DNA of 63,769 bases, filler included, from an uncultured bacterium (GTDB lineage Bacteria > DYJV01): the NCBI GenBank assembly GCA_964543655.1. It is 4 parts of 4 records of this genome, joined end to end, with 100 filler letters (N's around TTAATTAATTAA, not from the genome) between each part and the next. Parts side by side here need not be neighbours in the genome. Positions count along the whole stretch, not along the records: positions 1 to 18,274 come from CAZIZE010000050.1; 3 more parts are not named here. One strand, given 5' to 3'. Numbering within the stretch: the first letter of the stretch is position 1; each line of letters begins with the position of its first letter. This document shows positions 1 to 10,065 of this stretch, piece after piece. The position numbers and the translations under genes were made by a program. Under the pieces are notes generated by a model. It saw nothing but the letters and a program-made list of their open reading frames with translations. It did not search any database and was not told the origin of the DNA.

Positions 1-413
1 GTAGTTATCTTAACAGTATAATCATCAATTTTTTCTACTTTTTCTATCATATTTACTTTTGACTTGAAGCCTGATTTTTTCCAATTTTTAATTCTGTTAA
101 ATGAGAAAAGAACATCATCTGCATTAAATGGATTTCCATTGTGGAACTTAACGCCTTTTCTTAAATAAATAATCCATGTGGTATTATTAACCACTTTATA
201 GCTTTTTGCAAGTAAAGGATACGGGTTCAGGTCTTTATCAAAATAGAATAACCCTTCAAAAATATTTGAGAGTACAGAATTAGTAGTGGTTTCATTGTGA
301 AAATAAGGATCAAGTGAACGAATATCAGAAGATAGTCCTATTTTTAAAGTGTTAGCTGACGCAAATGAAAAACTTAAAACTAAAATTCCAATTAAAAAAA
401 TAATTTTTTTCAT
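1..413 (-). CDS. Peptide/nickel ABC transporter substrate-binding protein (family 5, DppA/OppA-like), truncated by window edge
   Basis: Manual translation from ATG at 413: MKKIIFLIGILVLSFSFASANTLKIGLSSDIRSLDPYFHNE...LRKGVKFHNGNPFNADDVLFSF (signal peptide plus the SBP family 5 motif); GGAGG RBS upstream. Confidence 0.88.
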   Translation of the reverse strand, partial: MKKIIFLIGILVLSFSFASANTLKIGLSSDIRSLDPYFHNETTTNSVLSNIFEGLFYFDKDLNPYPLLAKSYKVVNNTTWIIYLRKGVKFHNGNPFNADDVLFSFNRIKNWKKSGFKSKVNMIEKVEKIDDYTVKIT

Positions 414-430
414 TTTTTCCCTCCTTTAAG

Positions 431-1579
431 TTAATTGGTTAATTCTGATAAAAAACAGGTAAAAATTTTTATCCTGTCTATTAGTGATTCTGCTATAATA
501 TACTCTTTTTTTGTATGACAAAATTCTCCAAGAGGTCCAAGTCCGTCAAGCACAGGGCAATATTCTGACAGAAGATTGGCATCAGAAACACCACCTGAGC
601 CAGTAGTAGTTATATTATAACCTAATTTTCTTCCTATTTCTATGTATCTCTGAATAAATTTTTCTGAGCTTATGCTTTTTTCCATAGGCATTCTATGGGC
701 ATTTAAATTAAATTCTATTTTTGATTGAGGAAAAATTTTTTTTGATAATTTTTCTTTGATTAAATTTTCAATTGTTTCTTTATCACTCTTTTTTCCGAAT
801 CTAATATCTATAGTAGCTTCTGACTTTTCAGGAATAACATTTCTTGCTGTACCACCAGTAATAACACCAGGCTGCAAGCTCAGTTCTGAGATAATGTTAT
901 TTAGTTTAAATAATTCTGTTATTTTATCACATAGTTCAACAATACTATTAATACCAGAGTCAGGAGATTCTCCAGCATGCGAAGACTTACCGTAACACAT
1001 AATTTTTAGTTCCATTGCTCCTTTTCTGTTTGAGATAATTTTATTCCCTGGTAACCTTCCAGCTTCAAAAACAAACACTGCTTTTGCATTTTTCATTTCA
1101 CTTACAATTAAATCTTTTGAGGTTTTTGAACCTACTTCTTCATCAGTATTAAAAATTATCTTTATTGGTAATTGTCTTTTATTTAAAGTACTTGAAATAA
1201 AGATAGAATAAAGTGCTGTCACAATTCCACCTTTCATGTCATTAACTCCAGGTCCAATCAATTTACTGTTTTCCCTGTATAATGATTGAAAATCGTCCTC
1301 AGGAGAGTGCACTGTATCAATGTGACCGATAATTCCATAAAAATTTTTTTTTAATCTTTTATTATAAATAAGATGGAATCTTTTAGAGTTTTCGTTAGGG
1401 AAATATTTCTCAAAATTAATGCCAAAATATGAAGATATATCTGTTATGATTTTGCAAACTTTTTCAATCCCATTAAAATTGGAAGTGAAAGAATTTATGT
1501 TAACTATATTTTTCAAAAAATTAAAAATGTTATCTCTTTCAAGTTCCACAGCATTTATTATTTTTTTATTTAGAGACAT
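431..1579 (-). CDS. M20 family metallopeptidase (glutamate carboxypeptidase-like)
   Basis: Motifs GHIDTV, GPGVNDMKGG, DEEVGS, GKSSHAG, GGVSDAN, CHTKKE. Confidence 0.9.
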   Translation of the reverse strand: MSLNKKIINAVELERDNIFNFLKNIVNINSFTSNFNGIEKVCKIITDISSYFGINFEKYFPNENSKRFHLIYNKRLKKNFYGIIGHIDTVHSPEDDFQSLYRENSKLIGPGVNDMKGGIVTALYSIFISSTLNKRQLPIKIIFNTDEEVGSKTSKDLIVSEMKNAKAVFVFEAGRLPGNKIISNRKGAMELKIMCYGKSSHAGESPDSGINSIVELCDKITELFKLNNIISELSLQPGVITGGTARNVIPEKSEATIDIRFGKKSDKETIENLIKEKLSKKIFPQSKIEFNLNAHRMPMEKSISSEKFIQRYIEIGRKLGYNITTTGSGGVSDANLLSEYCPVLDGLGPLGEFCHTKKEYIIAESLIDRIKIFTCFLSELTN

Positions 1580-2046
1580 ATTCGTTATATAGTCTATAAT
1601 ACACTAAGAGTCAAGAATTTAATCTTGATTTTTTAAATCATATAAAATCTTTACATAAGTTAGCTAATAGAACCAATACTTAATTTTTTATGGAAATTTT
1701 GCCAAATTTTATATTTACCTATTGATAATCTATTTTGACCATATTTTCTGTTAAAATAGTTACCACATTAATTTTACTAATTTCTTCATACTTTTACTGT
1801 AAAATTTCTCTTATCATTCGTAATATTTACACGCAATTTAAAACATAATTAAACTTTTTTAATTTTATTCTTTCCTGCTTTTCAAAAAAGGATTATAGAT
1901 TGACAACCATTAATGAAATTTACAATCTATTGATATTTCTTTGATCTATGATGCAAAATAAAAAATTTGAAAAAATTATTGACTTTACATTTATAATGTT
2001 TATATTGTTATTAATTACAATTACCTACAACTATTTAGGTTAATTT

Positions 2047-4185
2047 ATGAAACAAGAGAGCCTTCATAAAAAGTTTATTCTATACATCTCCACTACTATT
2101 ATTTTCACGATTATTTTGGGCACTATTATCTATTCAATCTTTGACTACCATAATAAAGTAGAAATGTTTAAAGCAAACATCCACAAACAAATTAAAAATA
2201 TTTATCCCTTTTATCAAACTTACCTCTGGCAGGTAGATATTGAAGACTTGATTAAAGTATCAAAATCTCTATTAATAACCAATCAGAATCTTTGTTCTAT
2301 CACAATATTAAACCAGAATAAAAAGGTAATTTTTAAAGAAAGTAAAAAAAATTCCTACTGCCTTAATAGTAGTAAAATCAACATCCAGAAAAAAGTTTTT
2401 TACAAAAATTTATTTATTGGTGAACTATATTTTTCATATTCAGAAAAAAACATCAATACATCAATAAAAAAGGTCCTTATATTAAACTTTGTGTTAGCAA
2501 TTATAATCTCCCTTTTGGTTATATTAATAATAACATATATTCTTAAAATCTTCTTCTCTAAGCATCTAACAGATATAGTCAATCAATTAAAAGTTATAGC
2601 CAAGGGTAATTACAATACTAAATTTGAAAAAAGTAAATATAAAGAAATTAATGAAATAGTCTCTCATCTTAACAACATGCTTCATGAAATTAAGTTGAGA
2701 GAAGAGAAAAACAGGGAATTAACACAAAAATTACACGACCTTATTCAAAACATGCCTGGTGGTATTATTATTACTGACATTAATGGAAAATTAATTGAAA
2801 TCAATAACAGTTTTGCAAATAAATTAAAAGTAGAAAAAGAAAAAGTGCTATTAAACAAAATAGAAGACTTTAGTAGCAATAAATATAACAAAAAAATTTT
2901 TTATGAAAAATTAAAAGAAATAAGTAATAGAGGCTATGCAGAATTTGAATGGGAATTTGTTGACAAAAACGGAAATATTTTCCCTGTTTTAATAAAAGGG
3001 AAAAAATTAAAATTAGGAAATGAAAATCTCATTATTTTAGGAATTACAAATATTGCTTACATTAAGCAACTTGAAAAAGAGCTTCTTACAAAAGAAAAAT
3101 TAGAATCACTTGCAATTCTTGCAGGGGGTATTGCTCACGATTTTAATAATATACTTACATCAATAAGTGGTAATATGGAACTAATAAAAATGTTAATTGA
3201 TAGTGGTAAAATCGAGAATATAAAAAATAGAATAGAAAAAATATTTAAAGCAATAGAAACTGCAAAATCATTGACTCATCAATTATTAACATTTTCCAAA
3301 GGTGGAGCTCCTTTAAAAAAACCTTTTTTTGAATTAAAAGAGCTAATAAAAGACACCACTCTCTTTATACTTACAGGTAGTAGCATTGATGTAGAGTTTG
3401 ACTTTCAGGAAAATTTATACCCTGTTCATATTGATCCTGAGCAGATTAGCCAGGTAATACAAAATATAGTTTTAAATTCAAAACAAGCAATGGGAGATAA
3501 AGGGAAAATATGGATAAAAGCTGTAAATGACAATAATTATGTAAAAATATATATTAAAGATAATGGCCCAGGTATGCCAAAATCTGTTATTGATAAAATC
3601 TGGACTCCTTATTACACTACAAAAAGCAGTGGTAGTGGGTTAGGTTTATCCATTGTTTACTCAATAATAAAAAAACATAATGGCGATATTAAAGTTTATT
3701 CTAAAGAAGGTGAGTTCACAGAATTTGAAATATCACTACCAGCTTACACAGAAACCACATTGCAAGAAAAGGATAAATTAAATAATTCAAAAGAGCAAAT
3801 TGAAAAATTTAAAGATTTAAAAATATTAGTTATGGATGATGATCAGAATATTAGAAATACTTTAAAAGAGTTACTTGAATTTTTAGGTTGCAATGTTACA
3901 ACTGTTAGCAGTGGAGAAGAAGCTCTTAATTACTACAAAGCAGAAAAGTTTGATATTGTTCTACTTGATCTTACTGTAAAAGGAGGAATGGGTGGTAAAG
4001 AATGCATTTCAAATCTTTTAAAGATTGACAAAAATATTAAGGCAATAGTGTATAGCGGCTATTCTGATAGCCATGTTATGGTTAATTATAAAAATTTTGG
4101 TTTTTGTAGTTTTTTGAAAAAACCTTTTACAATATCTTCTTTAAAGGAAGCTATTACTAATTGTTTAAATCAAAAAGGAGCTTAA
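2047..4185 (+). CDS. Membrane-bound hybrid sensor histidine kinase (2 TM, HAMP, PAS, HisKA, HATPase, receiver)
   Basis: H-box GGIAHDFNNIL, DNGPG and GSGLGL boxes, C-terminal receiver (LVMDDD...LLDLT...KKPF). Confidence 0.93.
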   Translation: MKQESLHKKFILYISTTIIFTIILGTIIYSIFDYHNKVEMFKANIHKQIKNIYPFYQTYLWQVDIEDLIKVSKSLLITNQNLCSITILNQNKKVIFKESKKNSYCLNSSKINIQKKVFYKNLFIGELYFSYSEKNINTSIKKVLILNFVLAIIISLLVILIITYILKIFFSKHLTDIVNQLKVIAKGNYNTKFEKSKYKEINEIVSHLNNMLHEIKLREEKNRELTQKLHDLIQNMPGGIIITDINGKLIEINNSFANKLKVEKEKVLLNKIEDFSSNKYNKKIFYEKLKEISNRGYAEFEWEFVDKNGNIFPVLIKGKKLKLGNENLIILGITNIAYIKQLEKELLTKEKLESLAILAGGIAHDFNNILTSISGNMELIKMLIDSGKIENIKNRIEKIFKAIETAKSLTHQLLTFSKGGAPLKKPFFELKELIKDTTLFILTGSSIDVEFDFQENLYPVHIDPEQISQVIQNIVLNSKQAMGDKGKIWIKAVNDNNYVKIYIKDNGPGMPKSVIDKIWTPYYTTKSSGSGLGLSIVYSIIKKHNGDIKVYSKEGEFTEFEISLPAYTETTLQEKDKLNNSKEQIEKFKDLKILVMDDDQNIRNTLKELLEFLGCNVTTVSSGEEALNYYKAEKFDIVLLDLTVKGGMGGKECISNLLKIDKNIKAIVYSGYSDSHVMVNYKNFGFCSFLKKPFTISSLKEAITNCLNQKGA

Positions 4186-4186
4186 A

Positions 4187-5077
4187 TTGGTAAGAATAAT
4201 ATCTTACTCTTTAATTTTTTTCATATTATCCTCATCAATTATCTTTGCTCAATTAGATTCTACTTCAAAAAATATTTTAAATATTAAATTAGTGAAGTTT
4301 AAGCCAAGAGATATTTATAAAATAAAATTAATAAAGCTATTTCTCAACAAAGCTGATGCAAAGTATAGAATTTCACATCTCAATTTTCAAATAACAAAGC
4401 CAAGAGAATTTGAAGAGATAAAAACAGGTAGACTTGTAAATGTAGGCACATTTACTTCAACAAAAAAATATGAAAAAGCATTAATTCCAATAAGGTATCC
4501 TATTTACAGAGGGCTAATTGGCTATAGAATTTTTATTATTAACAAGTCAAAGCAAAATTTATTCAATAAACATACATCAATACAAAAATTGAAAAAATTA
4601 GTTTCTGCTCAAGGATTATCTTGGAGCGATTATGATATTTTAAAATACAATGGATTCAATGTATATCAGGTATGCTACAGGAATATCTTCAGGATGTTAA
4701 ACCTGAATCATGGAATTGATTTTTTTCCACGTGGTGTTTATGAAATTTTTTTTGAAATGGACAGATATGCCAAACAATTCCAAAATCTTATAATAGAAAA
4801 ACATCTTTTAATCCATTATCCACTTGGAATGTACCTCTATGTTTCTCCTAAAACTCCTGAAATTGCAAAAGCATTAAATAGAGGATTAAACCTTTCATTA
4901 CAAGATGGCTCTCTTGCAAAGCTGCTCCAAGGAAAAATAATTGGCGATTATACAATAAAAGAAGTTTTACAAAAAGCAAAGTTAAAAAACAGAAAGATAT
5001 TTAACCTTACAAATCCTTTTTTAACTAAAGAGACAAAGCAGTTATTATCAACTTATTGGATAAATCCTTTAAAATGA
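4187..5077 (+). CDS. Periplasmic solute-binding-fold protein (orphan SBP)
   Basis: Signal peptide; PIYRGLIGYR, QGLSWSD and IDFFPRG motifs of a family usually annotated as amino-acid ABC substrate-binding; no permease nearby. Confidence 0.7.
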   Translation: MVRIISYSLIFFILSSSIIFAQLDSTSKNILNIKLVKFKPRDIYKIKLIKLFLNKADAKYRISHLNFQITKPREFEEIKTGRLVNVGTFTSTKKYEKALIPIRYPIYRGLIGYRIFIINKSKQNLFNKHTSIQKLKKLVSAQGLSWSDYDILKYNGFNVYQVCYRNIFRMLNLNHGIDFFPRGVYEIFFEMDRYAKQFQNLIIEKHLLIHYPLGMYLYVSPKTPEIAKALNRGLNLSLQDGSLAKLLQGKIIGDYTIKEVLQKAKLKNRKIFNLTNPFLTKETKQLLSTYWINPLK

Positions 5078-5079
5078 AT

Positions 5080-6387
5080 TCACTTTTTCTTAAAAAATAA
5101 TTTTATAGGTACTCCTTCAAAATCAAAATTTGCTCTTATCTGATTTTGAATAAATTTTTTATATGACTCTTTTACACCTTCTGGGAAATTACAAAACAGA
5201 ACAAATTTAGGAGGATTACTACTTACCTGTGTCATATACTTTATTTTCACCTGCTTACCTCTAAATGATGGTGGAGCGCTTTTCTTTAATATATAATCAA
5301 GGAATTGATTAAGTATTGATGTCTGTATCCTTTGCCTCTGGTTTTTATAAATTTTTTGTACCAATTTTAAAATTTTATTAACATTGTACCCTGTTAATGC
5401 AGAAATTTTTAAAACAGGAGCATAACTAACATATTTCAACTCCTTCTTTACAAAGTTCATATATTTTTCATGATCCACAGCTTTATTTGCCTTTATTTTA
5501 TCCCATTTATTCAATACTATAACCAGACCTCTACCATAAGAATCAAGCAAATGAGCCAGCGACTTATCCTGATGGGTTATCCCTTCAGATGCATCATGCA
5601 TCAAAAGTACAACATCGCTTCTCTCAATAGTGGAAATTGCTCTAATCACAGAAATTCTCTCTATTTGATAGTTGATTTTACTTTTTTTTCTAATACCTGC
5701 TGTATCAATTATCATAAATTGCTTCCCTTTATAATCAAAAAAAGTATCCACACTATCTCTTGTTGTGCCTGGAATATCAGATACTATTACCCGTTCATAA
5801 CCTAATATTTTATTAACTAAAGAGGATTTCCCAACATTTGGTCTGCCAAGTATTCCAATTTTTATGCAATTTTCATAAGCTCTATAATCAACCAGAGGGA
5901 TTGAGGTATAAATTTTTTTCTGTAATTCATCAAAACCCTTTTTATGAGCAGCTGATATTAAAACAATATCATCATTTCCAAATTCATAGAAGTCAACCAG
6001 GTTCTTTTTCAATTTATCATTATCAACTTTATTTAATGCAATTATAAATTTTTTATTTTTTTTTCTCAATAAATTAATAAGCTCTTTATCCATTGGAGTA
6101 ATTCCAGCTTGAATATCAAATAAAGCAATGATAAAATCAGACTCCTCAATTGCAAAAAGAGCCTGATTTCTAATTTGCAAATCTATTTCCTTTTCTTCAT
6201 CAAAAATGACTCCACCTGTATCAACAAGCATAAATTTTTTATCATTAATTTCTGCAATCTGATAAATTCTATCCCTTGTAACCCCGGGCAAATCATGAAT
6301 AATAGCTTTTCGTTCACCAATTAATGCATTAAAAAGGGTTGATTTTCCAACATTTGGCCTACCAACTATTGATACAATCGGTAACAT
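5080..6387 (-). CDS. der: Ribosome biogenesis GTPase Der
   Basis: Two tandem GRPNVGKS G-domains, DTGG/DTAG, NKVD/NKWD, KH-like C-terminus. Confidence 0.97.
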   Translation of the reverse strand: MLPIVSIVGRPNVGKSTLFNALIGERKAIIHDLPGVTRDRIYQIAEINDKKFMLVDTGGVIFDEEKEIDLQIRNQALFAIEESDFIIALFDIQAGITPMDKELINLLRKKNKKFIIALNKVDNDKLKKNLVDFYEFGNDDIVLISAAHKKGFDELQKKIYTSIPLVDYRAYENCIKIGILGRPNVGKSSLVNKILGYERVIVSDIPGTTRDSVDTFFDYKGKQFMIIDTAGIRKKSKINYQIERISVIRAISTIERSDVVLLMHDASEGITHQDKSLAHLLDSYGRGLVIVLNKWDKIKANKAVDHEKYMNFVKKELKYVSYAPVLKISALTGYNVNKILKLVQKIYKNQRQRIQTSILNQFLDYILKKSAPPSFRGKQVKIKYMTQVSSNPPKFVLFCNFPEGVKESYKKFIQNQIRANFDFEGVPIKLFFKKK

Positions 6388-7181
6388 TAATACTCCATAA
6401 AAATTTTATTTAATTTGAGAACATTATCAAAAGATTTTGTATTTGGTCTTGAAAACGACCTCTCATCTATTTTAATAAATTTTGCTTTTAAATCTTTAAG
6501 ATATTCTCTTTTTTGTGGTGGCACAGGATTTTTATTCATTGGTCCAACCTGATACAAATATATCTCAGGTTTTGCAGCTAAAACCTTTTCATACGAATAC
6601 CTAACATGTTTTTTATTAACATTAACTATGTTAATTCCACCTGCTTTTTCTATAATATCATTAATAATATCCCTTTTTCCTGCAACAATATATGGAATTT
6701 GCATAATTTCAAAAACTACTTTTGGTTTTCTCTTTAGCTTTTTAACCCTTTTCAATTCTGCTTTTAATTTTACAATCAACTCATCTGCTCTTTTTTCTTT
6801 GTTAAACATTTTTCCCATCTGTTGAATTGCACTTAATATTTGAGAAAGAGTATAAGGATTGTACTTATAAATCTTTGCTTTAATATGATTTTGTAAATTT
6901 TTGTTAAAAAATCTCACAGAAGAAATAATTATCAAATCAGGCTTTAATGATGAAATAATTTCAATATTGGGCCTTATGTGTGAGCCTACCTTTTTAGCAT
7001 TTTTAAAACCTCTCATATGTTTTGTTACTCCTACAACTCTATCTGCAACATCAAGTTTTTTGAGAATATCACCAGCAGCAGGAGCCAGTACTACTATTCT
7101 ATTGTATGCATAAGCATTAAGATTAATAATCAGGAATAAAGTAACTACCAATCCTGTTAAAACGAACTTCATAGGTTTCAT
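6387..7181 (-). CDS. Cobalamin/iron-siderophore ABC transporter substrate-binding protein (BtuF-like)
   Basis: RIVVLAP, PNIEIISSLKPDLII; start moved to ATG 7181 after a GAGGAGG RBS; last gene of a FecCD-type operon. Confidence 0.82.
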   Translation of the reverse strand: MKPMKFVLTGLVVTLFLIINLNAYAYNRIVVLAPAAGDILKKLDVADRVVGVTKHMRGFKNAKKVGSHIRPNIEIISSLKPDLIIISSVRFFNKNLQNHIKAKIYKYNPYTLSQILSAIQQMGKMFNKEKRADELIVKLKAELKRVKKLKRKPKVVFEIMQIPYIVAGKRDIINDIIEKAGGINIVNVNKKHVRYSYEKVLAAKPEIYLYQVGPMNKNPVPPQKREYLKDLKAKFIKIDERSFSRPNTKSFDNVLKLNKIFMEY

Positions 7182-7863
7182 AAAGCACCTCCTCATTGAT
7201 TTTATCACGGCATAAATCAAAAATAATTTTACCATTTTTCATAAATATAAATCTTTGAAAAAATTGTAATGCAAGATTTATATCATGAATAGAAGCTATA
7301 ACTGTTGAGTTAAGCTTACTAATGTAATCTAAAATAAAAAGTGAAAATTTTATATCAACCATACTTGTTGGCTCATCAAGCAAAACAACTTCAGTTTCCT
7401 GATTTAATGTTCTTGCTACCATAACTTTTCTTTTTTCACCACCTGATAAAGTAAAAAACTCTCTGTTTCGATACTTTTCAAGATTAAATTTTTTTAAAAG
7501 TAAATCGGTTTTCCTGTAATCCTCTTCTGAAAATTTTTCACCTTTTAAATAGGGAAATCTTCCAAAAAGTATAGTTTCATAAATTGTATAATTAAATGAG
7601 ATTGTTGCAAATTGTGATAAATATGAAAGTTTTTTAGCTCTCTCCTTTTCATTAAAAAATTTAAGATTTTTATTAAAAAATAGAATATCGCCAATATATT
7701 CAATGTAATATGCTGACAAAATATTTAGTAAAGTTGATTTTCCACAACCATTTTCTCCTAAAATTGCAATTTTATCATTTTTAAATATTTTAAAATTTTC
7801 TATGAATAATTGAAACTTACCATATGAAAATTTTAAATTTTTTATTGTATAAACACTATTCAT
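7123..7863 (-). CDS. Cobalamin/iron ABC transporter ATP-binding protein
   Basis: GENGCGKST, LSGGE, LLDEPT, HDINLA. Confidence 0.9.
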   Translation of the reverse strand: MNSVYTIKNLKFSYGKFQLFIENFKIFKNDKIAILGENGCGKSTLLNILSAYYIEYIGDILFFNKNLKFFNEKERAKKLSYLSQFATISFNYTIYETILFGRFPYLKGEKFSEEDYRKTDLLLKKFNLEKYRNREFFTLSGGEKRKVMVARTLNQETEVVLLDEPTSMVDIKFSLFILDYISKLNSTVIASIHDINLALQFFQRFIFMKNGKIIFDLCRDKINEEVLYETYEVRFNRIGSYFIPDY

Positions 7864-8803
7864 TCCAGATTTTATCCCTTTTTTTCAAAAGAATATAGAT
7901 AAAAAAACCACCTCCTACTATAGAAGTTATTATTCCCACAGGAAGCTCTGCACCTGAGGGAATTATACTTCTACTCACTGTATCTGAAATTAATGTTAAA
8001 TCAGCTCCAAATATTGTTGAGTATAAAATAACTCTCTTCATATTACTACCAAAAAAACCTCTTACAATATGGGGAACAATTAATCCAACAAATGCAATTA
8101 TTCCAGAAAAGCTTACAGAAATAGCAGTTAAAAATGCAGCACCAATAAATGAAATCTGCTTAAAAAATCTTTGATTTATCCCCATATTTGAAGCTGTTAT
8201 ATCATCAAAAGATAGAACATTTAATTTTAATCCATTAATATAAAAAAATATGAAAAATGATATTGTGCTAAAAAAAACTATTAAAATTTTTAAAGTATCA
8301 AATTGATAAAATCCTCCCATAAGCCAGAATACAATTGTACCAACAGATTCATCAAAATAATATTTTAAAAAGCTTATGATACTACTTGTAATTATATTTA
8401 ACACTATTCCTGCAAGAATCAGAGTAACAGAGTTTAAACCTGTCCCTCTTTTAGAAATTTTATACACAATAATAAGTCCCAACATACCAGATAAAAAAGC
8501 TGCAACTGGTATTGTAAACACAGGCAGCCCCAGGCTAATTGCAACAACAGCACCAAGAGCTGAGCTTGAAGCTACACCAGTTGTAAAACCATCTGCAAGT
8601 GGATTTTTAAGCACAAGTTGAAACAAAGCTCCACTAAGCCCAAGAGCTCCACCTATAATAAATGCCATGATTATTCTGGGCACCCTGAGGTGTAGAATAA
8701 TATTATAATTATCTGAGTTAAATTTTACAGCACCAAAATATATTCCAGCAGCAATAACAAATATGTTAAAAACTACTATTCCCAATATTGAATATTTTTT
8801 CAT
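7856..8803 (-). CDS. FecCD/BtuC family ABC permease
   Basis: LRVPRI, LKNPLAD, GIIAFVGLIVPH, ELPVGIIT. Confidence 0.92.
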   Translation of the reverse strand: MKKYSILGIVVFNIFVIAAGIYFGAVKFNSDNYNIILHLRVPRIIMAFIIGGALGLSGALFQLVLKNPLADGFTTGVASSSALGAVVAISLGLPVFTIPVAAFLSGMLGLIIVYKISKRGTGLNSVTLILAGIVLNIITSSIISFLKYYFDESVGTIVFWLMGGFYQFDTLKILIVFFSTISFFIFFYINGLKLNVLSFDDITASNMGINQRFFKQISFIGAAFLTAISVSFSGIIAFVGLIVPHIVRGFFGSNMKRVILYSTIFGADLTLISDTVSRSIIPSGAELPVGIITSIVGGGFFIYILLKKRDKIWNE

Positions 8804-8862
8804 TAGGAAAGTTTAATAATTAAAAGGTTTCTCTTTGTCAATGTTTTTAATATACATTAACA

Positions 8863-8919
8863 GTTATTAAACTATCTTTCAACGTTGAACCATGAACTTT
8901 AAACCGTAAAATTGTATTA
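8863..8919 (-). repeat. Partial copy of dispersed intergenic module B (MITE-like)
   Basis: Reverse complement reads TAATACAATTTTACGG...GTTCAACGTTGAAAGATAGTTTAATAAC, matching 33612-33697 and 60653-60740. Confidence 0.8.
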
Positions 8920-9038
8920 TGGATTCAATAAAATTACTCAATTTTTTTAAAAATCATTCCAAAAGCACTTTTTGAATAATTAAAAAAATTTTAACTTTTT
9001 CCTTGAGAAGCAAAAAAAATTGTTTTAATAATGAAAAT

Positions 9039-9818
9039 ATGGAAAATAAATATGCTTGTGATTTTTCAGATTTTGCAAAATTTGTGCTATTAAAATATCT
9101 ATTTAATGATAAAAACATAGGAATAGTATGGTATTTAACCCCTGATAAAAATGAGCCAGATTACTATCATAAATATAAAGTTTATTTCAAAAATTCACAA
9201 ATTTTTGAATATGCTCTTAATATAGATAAAAGCATTGCCATGCAATTTAACCTTCAATGTAAAAAGGAGCCTGATAAATTTTACATTGGCAAGCTTGAAT
9301 CCATGCAAATTTTAGATAGTGTTACATTTTTCAATAATTGCATTGTAGGTGCTTATGCAGATGGAAAAGATTATAGGAAAATTTGGCTTAGTAAAGCTCT
9401 TGACAAAATTAAAGATTGCGAGGTAATCTATCTTGACCCCGATTATGGAGTACCAATTGATTATAGAATTTCTGTTTTAAAACCATTAAATAAACTTTCA
9501 AACCCAGAAAAATATGCATCTATTGAAGAAATTAAAGAATTTTTTCTTGGAAAAGATGTTTTAATATTGCATAACAGATACCCGGTTGGTGTGGAACATA
9601 ATAAAATTCATTCTCACTTATTTATTAGAATGAGAAAAGAGTTTCCAAAGAGATTTTTCTATATTATAAAATTAAATCCTTTTATGCCACGATTCTTTTT
9701 AATTATTTCAAGATATAATCTTATAAAAAGATTAAAAAATTTTTTAATTCAAAATAATATTTGTAAAATCGAGCCATTTAAAGGACTTTTTACTTTAATT
9801 TTACCAGAAAATTTTTAA
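9039..9818 (+). CDS. Conserved hypothetical protein, possible methyltransferase-like fold
   Basis: KYACDFSDFAK, VWYLTPD and IYLDPDYG motifs; probable start ATG 9039. Confidence 0.6.
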   Translation: MENKYACDFSDFAKFVLLKYLFNDKNIGIVWYLTPDKNEPDYYHKYKVYFKNSQIFEYALNIDKSIAMQFNLQCKKEPDKFYIGKLESMQILDSVTFFNNCIVGAYADGKDYRKIWLSKALDKIKDCEVIYLDPDYGVPIDYRISVLKPLNKLSNPEKYASIEEIKEFFLGKDVLILHNRYPVGVEHNKIHSHLFIRMRKEFPKRFFYIIKLNPFMPRFFLIISRYNLIKRLKNFLIQNNICKIEPFKGLFTLILPENF

Positions 9819-9828
9819 TAAAAAAAGC

Positions 9829-9857
9829 TTGACTTTACTAAAAATAGGTGATAGTAA
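9829..9857 (+). promoter_or_regulatory. Sigma70-type promoter of the leader peptide
   Basis: TTGACT, 17 nt spacer ending TG-n, then TAGTAA. Confidence 0.5.
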
Positions 9858-9890
9858 TGAATGTATACAAGTTTAAGGAGAGATTTTAAT

Positions 9891-9944
9891 ATGATTTCAA
9901 GAAGTAATTTTTACTTTTATTTTTATTTTAAGCGCCCACGGTAG
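9891..9944 (+). CDS. Phe/Tyr-rich attenuator leader peptide MISRSNFYFYFYFKRPR
   Basis: AAGGAG RBS, 17 codons with seven consecutive alternating Phe/Tyr codons, stop codon next to the first GC-rich stem segment. Confidence 0.88.
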   Translation: MISRSNFYFYFYFKRPR

Positions 9945-10034
9945 GATAATATTGTATTATCCGGCCGTGGGCTTTTATATATTGCTCACGGCCTTTTTTT
10001 TGGCCGTGAGTTTAAAGCTCACGGCTTTTTTTTT
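9934..10034 (+). promoter_or_regulatory. Transcription attenuator with five alternately pairing segments and two terminator hairpins
   Basis: GCCCACGG(9934) / GGCCGTGGGC(9963) / GCTCACGGCC(9984)+T8 / GGCCGTGAGT(10002) / GCTCACGGC(10017)+T9. Confidence 0.85.
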
Positions 10035-10065
10035 ACAAAATTAAAACAGAATTAAGGAGGAAAAA

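Noticed and set aside
1620-2046. Long AT-rich divergent intergenic region
   Set aside because: Only generic promoter-like hexamers; no ORF remnant, repeat module or RNA structure recognised
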